Source: Rhodospirillaceae bacterium
GTDB taxonomy: Bacteria > Pseudomonadota > Alphaproteobacteria > CACIAM-22H2
NCBI GenBank assembly: GCA_027490975.1
Contig: JAIXXA010000145.1
Coordinates: 5,723-69,722 of the forward strand
Reading direction: 5' to 3'
Length of the DNA stretch: 64,000 nt
Below, one piece after another: positions 27,752 through 37,692 of the stretch. A program made the translations under genes and the position numbers. The notes beneath the pieces are model-generated. The model was not told the origin of the DNA and did no database searches. It was given only the letters and a program-made list of their open reading frames with translations. How positions within the stretch are numbered: position 1 is the first letter of the stretch; every line of letters starts with the position of its first letter.

Positions 27752-29391
27752 CAGCCAATCTCCTGCGCGCGTTGGCGCAAAACGAATTTCTGGATCTTGC
27801 CGGTCGAGGTTTTGGGCAAGGCGCCAAACACGACATAGCGCGGGCACTTGAAGCCCGCAATGCGCCCGCGCAGCCAGGCGATGATCTCAGGCCCCGAAAT
27901 GCCGACCGCGTCGGGCTTGAGGGCCACAAACGCGCACGGCGTTTCGCCCCATTTGGGATCGGGTTTGGCGACGACGGCCGCTTCCATCACCGCCGGATGG
28001 CGATAGAGCGCTTCTTCGACCTCGAGCGAGGAGATGTTTTCGCCGCCCGAGATGATGATGTCCTTGCTGCGGTCTTTGACCTCGATATAGCCGTCCTTGT
28101 GGCGCACGGCGAGGTCGCCCGTGCGGAACCAGCCGTTTTTGAAGGCGCGCTTCGTGGCTTTGGGGTTCTTGAGATAGCCTTTCATCACGGTGTTGCCCTT
28201 GAGGGCGATTTCGCCGAGCGTCGCCCCGTCCGACGGCACCGGGCTTCCTGTTTCGACGTCGAGTACGGCGAGTTCGCCCAAGGTCGGATAGGCCACACCC
28301 TGGCGCGACATGAGGCGCGCACGCTCTTCGAGCGGCAGATCGGGCCAGCCCGGCTGCCATTCGCACAAGGTGGCCGGACCGTAGCTTTCGGTAAGGCCGT
28401 AGGCGTGCGTCACGCGAAAGCCGAGTTCTTCCATCGCCGCAATGATGGCCGAGGGCGGGGCTGCCCCACCCGTCATCACCTCCACGCGATGCGGCAATTT
28501 GCGGCGCAGATTCGCCGGCGCATGGGCAAGCGTGTTCAGCACGATGGGGGCGCCGCACATATGCGTGACGGCGTTTGCCGCGATCGACGCGAAAATGGCA
28601 CCCGGCTCCACCTTGCGCAGGCACACATGCGTGCCGCCGACCGACGTAACCGCCCACGTATAGGACCAGCCCGAGCAATGGAACATCGGCAAGGTCCACA
28701 GATACACGCTCTCGGGCCTGAGTCCGAAGGTCAGTGCATTGCCGAGCGCGTTCAGGAATGCGCCGCGATGGTGGTAGACGACCCCCTTGGGATCGCCCGT
28801 GGTGCCGGACGTGTAGAGCAGGCAGATCGCCTGCCATTCGTCGGAAGGCCAGCGGCCGGCATAATCGGGCGTGCCTTCGGCCAAAAACGATTCGTAGTCG
28901 AGCGCCGACAGACGCGGCCCCTCGCCCGTATAGGCGCGGTCGTCGATGTCGATGACCGTCGGCTTGCTTTTGCAAAGCGCCAAAGCCGCCTGAAGCGTGG
29001 CGGCAAATTCGCGATCGGCGAGCACGAATTTGGCTTCGCCATGGTCGAGGATGAAGGCGATCGTCGCGGCATCGAGCCGGTAGTTCAGCGCGTTCAGCAC
29101 GCCGCCTGCGAGCGGCACGGCGTAATGCGCTTCGAGCATGGCCGGGATGTTGGGCGCAAGGATTGCCACCGTCTGGCCCTGCTTCAAGCCGCGCCTCACC
29201 AGCGCATGGGCAAAACAGCGCACGCGCGCCGCGAAGCGCGCATAGCTGGTGCGCGTCTCCCCGTGCACGATCGCGGTCTTGGTCGGATAGACCGCCGCCG
29301 CGCGGAACAGGAATCCGAGCGGCGTGAGGGCCGCGAAATTGGCCGCCGTCTGGGGCAGATCGGTTTCGAAGATCGAGCGCTTTGGCGCCAT
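27751..29391 (-). CDS. Acyl-CoA synthetase, AMP-binding (LvaE-like)
   Basis: AMP motif YTSGTTGDPKGV, TGD and SGGENI motifs, terminal K; start at MAPKRSIFE. Confidence 0.85.
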   Translation of the reverse strand: MAPKRSIFETDLPQTAANFAALTPLGFLFRAAAVYPTKTAIVHGETRTSYARFAARVRCFAHALVRRGLKQGQTVAILAPNIPAMLEAHYAVPLAGGVLNALNYRLDAATIAFILDHGEAKFVLADREFAATLQAALALCKSKPTVIDIDDRAYTGEGPRLSALDYESFLAEGTPDYAGRWPSDEWQAICLLYTSGTTGDPKGVVYHHRGAFLNALGNALTFGLRPESVYLWTLPMFHCSGWSYTWAVTSVGGTHVCLRKVEPGAIFASIAANAVTHMCGAPIVLNTLAHAPANLRRKLPHRVEVMTGGAAPPSAIIAAMEELGFRVTHAYGLTESYGPATLCEWQPGWPDLPLEERARLMSRQGVAYPTLGELAVLDVETGSPVPSDGATLGEIALKGNTVMKGYLKNPKATKRAFKNGWFRTGDLAVRHKDGYIEVKDRSKDIIISGGENISSLEVEEALYRHPAVMEAAVVAKPDPKWGETPCAFVALKPDAVGISGPEIIAWLRGRIAGFKCPRYVVFGALPKTSTGKIQKFVLRQRAQEIG

Positions 29392-29467
29392 TGGCATTTC
29401 CCTCCCTGCCCCATTCTCGGGAACCGCCCCTAGCCGCGTCAATGGCGACGATGCTACACTGCATTTC

Positions 29468-30097
29468 ATGATCCGCATCGACATCGTCTCCGACGTGATC
29501 TGCCCCTGGTGCTTCATCGGCAAGCGCCGCCTCGAACGCGCTTTGGCCGCCGAAGCGCCGGGCAGCATCGTCGTGGGCTGGCGCCCCTTCCAGCTCAATC
29601 CCGACATGCCGGTCGAGGGCATGTCGCGCAAAGACTATCTGCGCGCCAAATTCGGCACCGACGACGGCGGCGAGCGCTACAAGCACGTGGTCGCCGCCGG
29701 CCTCGAAGAAGGCATTCCGTTTGCGTTCGAGCGCATGCAGCGCACGCCCAACACCGTGCGCGCCCATCGCCTGATACGCTTTGCGGAACGCTTCGGCGCT
29801 GCCGATGCGACTGTCGAAGCCTTGTTCGTGGCATATTTCGCAGGCGCGCGCGACGTGGGCGATCTCGACGTGCTCGTCGATGTCGCAGGCTCGGCCGGGC
29901 TCGATGCAAGCGAAGCGCGCCGCTATCTTGCCTCCGACGAAGACGACGCGCTGATCCGCGCGGAAGACAAGTACGCGCGCGAACTCGGCATCCAGGGCGT
30001 GCCGTGTTTCGTCATCGAGCGCAAATACATGGTCTCGGGCGCGCAGCCCGCCGAATTGTTCGCCGACGTGTTCCGCCAGGTGCGCGAAGCGGCCTGA
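29468..30097 (+). CDS. DsbA-family thiol oxidoreductase (FrnE/HCCA-isomerase-like)
   Basis: N-terminal CPWC thioredoxin motif. Confidence 0.75.
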   Translation: MIRIDIVSDVICPWCFIGKRRLERALAAEAPGSIVVGWRPFQLNPDMPVEGMSRKDYLRAKFGTDDGGERYKHVVAAGLEEGIPFAFERMQRTPNTVRAHRLIRFAERFGAADATVEALFVAYFAGARDVGDLDVLVDVAGSAGLDASEARRYLASDEDDALIRAEDKYARELGIQGVPCFVIERKYMVSGAQPAELFADVFRQVREAA

Positions 30098-30104
30098 CGC
30101 GTCC

Positions 30105-30806
30105 ATGGCTTGTTCCTGCCTGTCGCGACGCGTTTTCCTGCGCGGCCTTTGCGCCGCCGCCGCAACACCGCTTGTCGCGCCTCCCGCAGCCGCCCAAATG
30201 CGCGAATGTTTCGGCGCGCCCGCGCGCTTCGTGGTACGCACGAAGCCGCTTGGGGCGGCCGTCGACTATTCGCTGCAGGTGGCCGATCTTGCGCGCGTCG
30301 CGGGCGCGCGCGAAGGGCTGTTCGGCACGCGCACGCAGCACGGCCAGCGTCCGGCCGGCCTCACGCTCGCCGACATCAAACTCGATTGGAGTGTGGGCGT
30401 CGTGGCGCGCGGCCAGGGGCGCCAAGCCTGCATCGAGCCCGAACGCGTCGAGGTCACAGTGTCGATGGATCGCCATCGCATCTACGTAGCGCGCGATGCA
30501 ACGCGCTCGGGCACGTGCCAGCGCGACGTGGTGCTCGAACACGAAAGCCGCCATGTGCGCATCAATCTCGACCTGCTCGAGGATGCCAAGCAGCGCATCG
30601 AACGCAGCTTGGCCGATCTCGTGCCGCAGCTCGGGCCCACCGACGGCGGGCGCGAAGTTGCCAATGCCGCGCTCGCCCGCTACCGCGCGATATTGCGCAA
30701 ACCCATCGAAGGCGGTTTCGAGCGCGCTTTTGCCACGGCGAATGCGCGCCATGCCGAGATGGACACGGCTCAAGCCTATGCGCGCGACTGGGGCCGCTGT
30801 GCCTGA
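30105..30806 (+). CDS. Tat-signal secreted protein with HExxH motif (DUF922-like putative Zn-metallopeptidase)
   Basis: SRRVFLRGLCAAAA twin-arginine signal; LEHESRHV HExxH motif. Confidence 0.45.
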   Translation: MACSCLSRRVFLRGLCAAAATPLVAPPAAAQMRECFGAPARFVVRTKPLGAAVDYSLQVADLARVAGAREGLFGTRTQHGQRPAGLTLADIKLDWSVGVVARGQGRQACIEPERVEVTVSMDRHRIYVARDATRSGTCQRDVVLEHESRHVRINLDLLEDAKQRIERSLADLVPQLGPTDGGREVANAALARYRAILRKPIEGGFERAFATANARHAEMDTAQAYARDWGRCA

Positions 30807-30809
30807 GCG

Positions 30810-33800
30810 TCAGGCCGCGATCTTGGCGAGTTCGCCGAGCAGGCGGCGAATGCCTTTGACGCGGTCGCCCGCATCGTCCCAGGCACGCAAGTACACAAGC
30901 CGATGGTCGGGGCGCAGTTTTAGCAAAGTCGGCTGCTTGAACACCATCTGGATCAGCTTGTCGGGGTTCGCAAATTTGTTCTTGCGGAAGCCCAGCACGG
31001 TGCCCTTGGGCCCCGCATCGACCTTGTCCACACCCGCAAGCTTGCACAGCCGCTTGAGTTCGATGATGTCGAGAAGGTTCTGCACCTCGCTCGGCAATGG
31101 CCCGAAACGGTCGATGAGCTCGGCCGCAAACGCGTCGATCTCGCTGCGTTCGACGAGGCCCGACAGACGGCGATAGAGGCCCAAGCGCACATTGAGGTCG
31201 CGCACATAGTCTTCCGGGATCAGCACCGGCGTGCCGAGCCCGATCTGGGGCGCCCATTCCTCCGCCCCCTGCTTGGGACCGGCCGTGCGGGCGGCGCGCA
31301 CGGCGTCTTCAAGCATCTGCTGGTAAAGCTCGCCGCCGACCTCGCGGATATGGCCGGACTGTTCTTGGCCCAGAAGATTGCCCGCCCCGCGAATGTCGAG
31401 ATCGTAAGAGGCGAGCTGGAAACCAGCTCCGAGACTGTCGAGCGTTTGCATCACTTCGAGGCGCTTCTGGGCACCGGCCGTCAGCACGCGATCGCCGGGC
31501 ACGGTGAAATAAGCGTAAGCGCGCAGCTTGCCGCGCCCGACGCGCCCGCGCAGCTGGTAGAGCTGGGCAAGGCCGAACATGTCGGCGCGATGGATGATCA
31601 TCGTATTGGCACTCGGGATGTCGAGGCCGCTTTCGATGATGTTGGTGGACAAGAGAATGTCGAAGCGGCCTTCGACGAAACCGACCATCACGTCTTCGAT
31701 CTGGGCGGGCGTGAGCTGGCCGTGGGCCACGGCGAGTTTGCATTCAGGGACAAGCTGAACGAGCCGTTCGCGCACGGCGCCCAGATCCTCGATGCGCGGA
31801 ACCACGTAGAACGTCTGCCCGCCGCGGAATTTCTCGCGCATGATCGCTTCGCGGATCACGACCGGATCGAACGGCAGGATGAAGCTGCGCACCGCCAAGC
31901 GGTCGACCGGCGGGCTTGCGATCAGCGACAGGTCGCGCACGCCCGCAAGCGCCATCTGCAAGGTGCGCGGGATCGGCGTCGCCGAGAGCGTGAGCACGTG
32001 CACGTCGGCGCGCAGCTCTTTGAGGCGTTCTTTCTGCGCCACGCCGAAATGCTGCTCCTCGTCCACGATCACGAGGCCGAGCTGCTTGAACTTGACCGCT
32101 TTGGCGAGCAGCGCCGTGGTGCCGACTACGATCTCGACGTGGCCGGCTTCCGCATCGATGCGCGTCTGCGCTTGGTCCTTGGCGGGGACGAGGCGCGAAA
32201 GCTGGGCCACGCGCACGGGGAAGCCATCGAAGCGCGCTTTGAAATTGCGGTAGTGCTGGCGCGCGAGCAGCGTTGTGGGCACCACGACCGCGACCTGCAC
32301 GCCCGCCATGGCAGCGACAAACGCCGCGCGCAACGCGACTTCGGTTTTGCCGAAACCGACGTCGCCGCACACAAGCCGGTCCATCGGCTTTCCGGCGGCG
32401 AGATCGTCGAGCGTTTCCACGATCGCGCGCGCCTGGTCCTCGGTTTCGACGAAGGGGAAGCGCGCGCAGAATTCGTCGAACAGGCCTTCGGCGGGCGCCA
32501 GACGCTCGCCCTCGCGCAACTGGCGTTCGGCCGCGAGCTTGATGAGGTGGTCGGCGATTTCGAGCACGCGCTTTTTGACGCGCGCCTTGCGCGCCTGCCA
32601 GCCTGCCCCGCCGAGCTTGTCGAGCTGCGCGCCGGCATCCTCCGAGCCGTAGCGCGACAGCATCTCGATGTTTTCGACAGGCACAAAGAGCTTGTCGTTG
32701 TCGGCATAGACAATGCGCACGCAATCGTGCGGCGCCCCGGCCACTTCGATCGTCACAAGCCCGTCGTAGCGGCCGATCCCGTGGTCGACATGCACGACGA
32801 GATCGCCCTCGCCGAGGGCCGCCGCCTCGGTCAGGAAATTGTCGGAGCGCCGCCGCTTGCGCGCCGCGCGCACCAGCCGATCGCCGAGAATGTCCTGTTC
32901 GGTGATCGCGGCAAGGTCGGGCGTGGTGAAACCGTTGTCGAGCGACAGGACGGTCGTTGCCACGATCTGCGGCGCCAGCTTTTCCGCCTCCGCCCAGTCG
33001 CGCACGACCGCCGTTTCGGTGAGGCCATGTTCTTTCAGGAGATGCGCAAGTCGTTCGCGCGAGCCCGGCGAATAGGCGCAGACCAGCACGCGGCGGCCGG
33101 CCGCGCGCTCCGCCGCCACGCGCACGCGCACGGCGTCGAACAGATTGGCGTCCGCCTTGGCGCGTTCGGACGTAAAATCCACGCCCGTGCGCCCGCCCGC
33201 ATCGATGCAGTCGGCCCCCACGGGGCGCGCAAATGGTGTGAGCGCAACAACCGCGCGCTTGGCCAGGATGCCGCGCCATTCGCTCGGCTTCAGATAAAGC
33301 AATTCGTTCGGCAGCGGATTGTAGCTTGAGGCGGCCTCGCCGAACTGGTCGGCGGCCTTGCCTTTGGCGAAAGCTTGGCGCGCGAGCACGCGCGCCTCGT
33401 AGAACTCGTCGATCTGTTCGAAGCGCGCGGCGGCCGCCTCGTCGATCTGGTCGTCGAGCGAGACGACCGCGTTGGGCAGATAGTCGAACAGCGTCTCGAG
33501 TCCGTTGTGGAACAAGGGCAGCCAATGTTCGAGGCCCGCATAGCGCTGGCCCGCCGACACGGCCGCGTAGAGCGCGTCGCGCGCATCGACGGCCCCGAAC
33601 TGGGCGCGGTAGCCCAAACGGAAATTCTCGATCGAATCCGGATCGAGCAGCACTTCGCTGACGGGCTTGAGCGCGAACGCATCGAGCGTGCCGGTACTTT
33701 TCTGCGTCATCGGATCGAACCGGCGGATCTGCTCGATCGCGTCGCCGAACAGGTCGAGCCGCACAGGCTCGGCCAAGCCCGGCGGGAAAAGATCGACGAT

Positions 33801-34310
33801 GCCGCCGCGCAACGCGTATTCGCCGGGCTCGCGCACAGTCTCGGCCCGCCGGTATCCGTCGCGCACCAGGAAGGCCGAGAGCGCGTCGAGCTTCAGCGCA
33901 GCACCGCGCTTGGCCTCGAACACGGCTTGCGCGAATTTGGCGCGCGGCACCACGCGCTGCGAGATCGCGTTCACGGTCGTAAGCACGATGCGCCTGCCGC
34001 CGGTGGCCATGGGCCGCGCGAGATCGACAAGCGCGTCGAGGCGGCGGCTCACGACCTCGCTGTTCGGCGAGACGCGGTCATAGGGCAAGCAGTCCCAGGC
34101 CGGGAAGCTCAGCACCTGCGCGCGGGCACCGGCAAAGGCGAGCGCTTCGGCAAGTTGGCTCAGCCTGGCGTCGTCGCGCGCGACATGCAGCACGTCGTGG
34201 CCGTGGCGCACGAGGGCCGCCAAAACGGCACCGTCCACGCCAGCCGGCGCCCCGGCAATTTCAAGCCTTTTTCCGGAGGCAATTCGGCTCTGAAGATTTA
34301 TATTTAACAA
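30810..34310 (-). CDS. mfd: Transcription-repair coupling factor
   Basis: UvrB-like N-terminus, RNAP-interaction domain, SF2 helicase motifs (GDVGFGKTEVA, DEEQHFG), TRG motif; TTG start. Confidence 0.9.
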   Translation of the reverse strand: MLNINLQSRIASGKRLEIAGAPAGVDGAVLAALVRHGHDVLHVARDDARLSQLAEALAFAGARAQVLSFPAWDCLPYDRVSPNSEVVSRRLDALVDLARPMATGGRRIVLTTVNAISQRVVPRAKFAQAVFEAKRGAALKLDALSAFLVRDGYRRAETVREPGEYALRGGIVDLFPPGLAEPVRLDLFGDAIEQIRRFDPMTQKSTGTLDAFALKPVSEVLLDPDSIENFRLGYRAQFGAVDARDALYAAVSAGQRYAGLEHWLPLFHNGLETLFDYLPNAVVSLDDQIDEAAAARFEQIDEFYEARVLARQAFAKGKAADQFGEAASSYNPLPNELLYLKPSEWRGILAKRAVVALTPFARPVGADCIDAGGRTGVDFTSERAKADANLFDAVRVRVAAERAAGRRVLVCAYSPGSRERLAHLLKEHGLTETAVVRDWAEAEKLAPQIVATTVLSLDNGFTTPDLAAITEQDILGDRLVRAARKRRRSDNFLTEAAALGEGDLVVHVDHGIGRYDGLVTIEVAGAPHDCVRIVYADNDKLFVPVENIEMLSRYGSEDAGAQLDKLGGAGWQARKARVKKRVLEIADHLIKLAAERQLREGERLAPAEGLFDEFCARFPFVETEDQARAIVETLDDLAAGKPMDRLVCGDVGFGKTEVALRAAFVAAMAGVQVAVVVPTTLLARQHYRNFKARFDGFPVRVAQLSRLVPAKDQAQTRIDAEAGHVEIVVGTTALLAKAVKFKQLGLVIVDEEQHFGVAQKERLKELRADVHVLTLSATPIPRTLQMALAGVRDLSLIASPPVDRLAVRSFILPFDPVVIREAIMREKFRGGQTFYVVPRIEDLGAVRERLVQLVPECKLAVAHGQLTPAQIEDVMVGFVEGRFDILLSTNIIESGLDIPSANTMIIHRADMFGLAQLYQLRGRVGRGKLRAYAYFTVPGDRVLTAGAQKRLEVMQTLDSLGAGFQLASYDLDIRGAGNLLGQEQSGHIREVGGELYQQMLEDAVRAARTAGPKQGAEEWAPQIGLGTPVLIPEDYVRDLNVRLGLYRRLSGLVERSEIDAFAAELIDRFGPLPSEVQNLLDIIELKRLCKLAGVDKVDAGPKGTVLGFRKNKFANPDKLIQMVFKQPTLLKLRPDHRLVYLRAWDDAGDRVKGIRRLLGELAKIAA

Positions 34311-34314
34311 TGTT

Positions 34315-34578
34315 TTATCTTGCTATTTTAAAGCTTTGAAGGAGTTTCATGACAGGGCCATCATAGGCCGGCGGCGGGGCAGCACGCCCAAGCGCCCAAT
34401 CGAGGATATTGGGGTCGCCTGCCGCCAGCAGATTTTCGTATTCGCCAAGCTGAGCGGCGTCGAAATCCGGCACGTGCGCGCGCGCAAACGCCCCCAGCAG
34501 GATGTCGGTTTCCTTCATGCCGGTATAGACGCTGCGATGGATCAGGCGCTTGCGGCGGACTTCGAGGGATTCGGACAT
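34315..34578 (-). CDS. sdhE: Succinate dehydrogenase FAD-assembly factor SdhE (DUF339)
   Basis: 87 aa with RxxxRxxxRGxxExD-like pattern; directly upstream of mfd. Confidence 0.75.
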   Translation of the reverse strand: MSESLEVRRKRLIHRSVYTGMKETDILLGAFARAHVPDFDAAQLGEYENLLAAGDPNILDWALGRAAPPPAYDGPVMKLLQSFKIAR

Positions 34579-34663
34579 AGCGGCCTTGCTGGAATCGGGG
34601 CATGGATATAGCGCCGCACGCCCCTCCTGTCACGGACCCCGAAAAAGGCCCTGCCGCCGCCCG

Positions 34664-36760
34664 ATGCGCCCCGCGATCCTGTTCCCGCTTTTTGCCGATA
34701 TCCGCACCTTGCCTGGCATCGGCCCCAAGATCGCCCCGCTGCTCGAACGCGCGGCGGGGCCGGCGGTCGTCGACGTGCTGTGGCATCTGCCGACGGGCCT
34801 CGTCGATCGGCGCTTCAGCCCGAGCGTGGCGCAAGCGCCCGAGGGTACGGTCGTAACCCTCAAACTGCAGGTGCTGAGCCACGAGCCGGGACGTACGCCG
34901 CGCCTGCCCTATCGCGTGCATTGCCGGGACGAGTCCGGCCCGATCGATCTCGTGTTCTTCCGCGTCAAGGGCGACTATCTCGAGCGGCAATTGCCGACGG
35001 GCGAGATGTGCGCGGTCAGCGGCCGGGTCGAGCGCTATCGCGACGATGTGCAGATGGCGCATCCAGACCATATCGTGCCGCTCGCGCGCTTCGACGAGAT
35101 CGCGATCGTCGAGCCGGTCTACGGGCTCACGGCGGGTCTGTCGCCCAAGACCGTCGCCAAAGCCGCCAAGTCGGCGGTGGCGGCCGCACCCATGCTGCCG
35201 GAGTGGGCCGATCCGCATCTTGTGGCGAAAAACGATTGGCCAGACTGGCACACCGCAATCGGCCGTGCTCATGCGCCAGGCGACCAGGCCGATACCGCAC
35301 TCGACACCAAGTGGCGCTGCCGCCTTGCCTACGACGAATTGCTTGCCAATCAATTGGCTTTGGCGTTGGTGCGCGCGAACCAGAAGCGCCGCAAGGGCCG
35401 CGCGCTGAAAGGCGACGGACGCCTGCGGGAGAAAGCGCTGAAGGCCCTGCCCTTCGATCTTACCGGCGCGCAAAAAATGGCGCTGGCCGAAATCCTCGGC
35501 GATATGGCGCTGGCCGGCCGCATGCAGCGGCTGCTGCAGGGCGATGTCGGCAGCGGCAAAACGGTCGTGGCGCTGCTCGCGATGCTCAACGCGGTCGAAT
35601 GCGGCCTGCAGGCCGCCTTGATGGCGCCGACCGAGATCCTGGCGCGCCAGCATTTCGAAACCATAAAACCTTTGGCCGAGGCGGCCGGCGTGCGGTTTGC
35701 CGTGCTCACGGGCCGCGACAAGGGCAAAGCCCGCCAAGCTATCCTCGACAGGCTCGCGTCGGGCGAACTCGATCTTGTGGTCGGCACGCATGCTTTGTTC
35801 GAAGACGAAGTCGAATTCAAAGAACTCGGCTTCGTCGTCGTGGACGAGCAGCACCGGTTCGGCGTGCATCAGCGCGTGGCGTTTTCGGCCAAGGGCCTGT
35901 CCGAGGCGGGCGAAGTGGACACGCTGATCATGACCGCAACGCCGATCCCGCGCACGCTGGTCATGTGCGCCTACGGCGACATGGACGTGTCGAAGCTCGG
36001 CGAAAAACCGCCGGGACGCAAACCGGTAAAAACCGTCGCGGTCCCGCTCGAACGGCTCGACGACATCGTGGAAGCCGTGCGCCGGCAGATCGCCAAGGGT
36101 GCCCGCGTCTATTGGGTGTGCCCGATCGTCGAAGAGTCGGAAGTGCTCGATCTTGCGGCGGCAACCCAGCGCCATGCAGCCTTGACCGAAGCGCTGGGCG
36201 AGACGCGCGTCCATCTGATCCACGGCAAGCTCAAACCTGCCCAGAAAGACGCCGCGATGGCCGCCTTCGTCGACGGCCCGCCCGGCGTGCTTGTGGCGAC
36301 CACGGTCATCGAGGTCGGAGTCAATGTGCCGAGCGCAACCGTTATGGTCGTCGAGCATGCCGAGCGTTTCGGCCTCGCCCAGCTGCACCAGCTGCGCGGC
36401 CGCGTGGGCCGCGGGGCGGACGAAAGCAGCTGCGTGCTGCTCTATGCGCAGCCGCTGGGGGCGACCGCCAAAGCGCGCATCGAGATCCTGCGCGAGACCG
36501 AAGACGGTTTTCGCATTGCCGAGGAAGACTTGCGCCTGCGCGGCGCCGGCGAAGTACTGGGCACCAAACAATCGGGCCTGCCGCAGTTCCGCTTGGCCGA
36601 TTTGGCCGTCCACGCCGATTTGGTCGAGATCGCGCGCAGCGATGCGACGGCCGTGCTCGAGCGCGATCCCAAACTCGAAAGCGAACGCGGAAGCGCTTTG
36701 CGCACGCTGCTCTATCTGTTCGCGCGCGACGAAGCGTTCAAGCTCGCGCGGTTCGGCTAG
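34664..36760 (+). CDS. recG: ATP-dependent DNA helicase RecG
   Basis: Wedge domain plus helicase motifs (GDVGSGKTVVA, DEQHRFG); start at internal ATG. Confidence 0.9.
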   Translation: MRPAILFPLFADIRTLPGIGPKIAPLLERAAGPAVVDVLWHLPTGLVDRRFSPSVAQAPEGTVVTLKLQVLSHEPGRTPRLPYRVHCRDESGPIDLVFFRVKGDYLERQLPTGEMCAVSGRVERYRDDVQMAHPDHIVPLARFDEIAIVEPVYGLTAGLSPKTVAKAAKSAVAAAPMLPEWADPHLVAKNDWPDWHTAIGRAHAPGDQADTALDTKWRCRLAYDELLANQLALALVRANQKRRKGRALKGDGRLREKALKALPFDLTGAQKMALAEILGDMALAGRMQRLLQGDVGSGKTVVALLAMLNAVECGLQAALMAPTEILARQHFETIKPLAEAAGVRFAVLTGRDKGKARQAILDRLASGELDLVVGTHALFEDEVEFKELGFVVVDEQHRFGVHQRVAFSAKGLSEAGEVDTLIMTATPIPRTLVMCAYGDMDVSKLGEKPPGRKPVKTVAVPLERLDDIVEAVRRQIAKGARVYWVCPIVEESEVLDLAAATQRHAALTEALGETRVHLIHGKLKPAQKDAAMAAFVDGPPGVLVATTVIEVGVNVPSATVMVVEHAERFGLAQLHQLRGRVGRGADESSCVLLYAQPLGATAKARIEILRETEDGFRIAEEDLRLRGAGEVLGTKQSGLPQFRLADLAVHADLVEIARSDATAVLERDPKLESERGSALRTLLYLFARDEAFKLARFG

Positions 36761-37632
36761 GTGCCGAGAAATTCTTCGAGCGCTTGGGCCGTGGCGTCCG
36801 GCGCTTCTTCGGGCAGGAAATGGCCGCACGGCACGGCGTGGCCGCTGACCTCGATCGCCCATTGGCGCCAGATCGCAAGCGGGTCATCGACGCGTTTGGC
36901 TAGGCCCCCCTCGCCCCACAGCACGAGCGTGGGGGCGACGATCTTCCGACGGCCGAAATCTTCGCCGTCGTTCGCATCGTCGGTCGTCGCGCCCGCGCGG
37001 TAGTCCGCACAGGTCGCCGCGACCGAGGCCGGATCGCGGAACGCAATTTTGTAGGCTTCGAGCGCTTCGGGCGCGAAAGCAGAAAAATCCTTCGACCAGC
37101 GCTTGAGCTTTTCGAGCAGATAATAGTCGGGATCGGCACCGATCATCTTCTCGGGCAACCCGCCGCCCTGCGCCAGAAACTGCCAATGGTACATGCCGAG
37201 CGCCAAGCCCTTCTCCATCCGCCGCCAGGTCGAATAGGTCGGCAGAATGTCGAGCACGCAAAGTTTTTCGACGGCGTCGGGATGGTCGAGAGCAAGCCGA
37301 TAAGCCACTCGCGCGCCGCGATCGTGGCCGCAAACGGCGAATTTTTCGAAGCCGAGGCCGCGCATGAGGCCAGCCATGTCTTTGGCCATCGTGCGCTTGG
37401 AATAGACCATGCCCTCGGCATCGGCCGCCGGTTTGCCGGACGCCCCGTAGCCGCGTGTATCCGGGCACACGACCGTGAAACGCTGGGCAAGGCGTGGCGC
37501 GATCTTGTGCCACATCGCATGCGTCTGCGGGTAGCCGTGCAGCAGCAGCAGAGGCGCGCCGGCACCCGCTTTGCGATAATGGATGGAAACCCCCTCGGGG
37601 GATGCGGTGCCGACGTTGAAATTCTCGAACAT
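36757..37632 (-). CDS. Alpha/beta-hydrolase, haloacetate dehalogenase H-1 / epoxide-hydrolase-like
   Basis: Nucleophile Asp in GHDRGARVAYR, HW motif, C-terminal catalytic His. Confidence 0.7.
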   Translation of the reverse strand: MFENFNVGTASPEGVSIHYRKAGAGAPLLLLHGYPQTHAMWHKIAPRLAQRFTVVCPDTRGYGASGKPAADAEGMVYSKRTMAKDMAGLMRGLGFEKFAVCGHDRGARVAYRLALDHPDAVEKLCVLDILPTYSTWRRMEKGLALGMYHWQFLAQGGGLPEKMIGADPDYYLLEKLKRWSKDFSAFAPEALEAYKIAFRDPASVAATCADYRAGATTDDANDGEDFGRRKIVAPTLVLWGEGGLAKRVDDPLAIWRQWAIEVSGHAVPCGHFLPEEAPDATAQALEEFLGT

Positions 37633-37692
37633 TGCGGCAGTTAGCCACGAAATCTTTGCGCTGGCCAGGGCGAGGCTTTAGACTCGCTCCGC

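Noticed and set aside
31744-33525. 593-aa and other long ORFs inside mfd
   Set aside because: Alternative frames of mfd; no domain signal
34361-36862. 833-aa minus and 707-aa plus ORFs over recG
   Set aside because: Out-of-frame or antisense to recG, which has full helicase motifs
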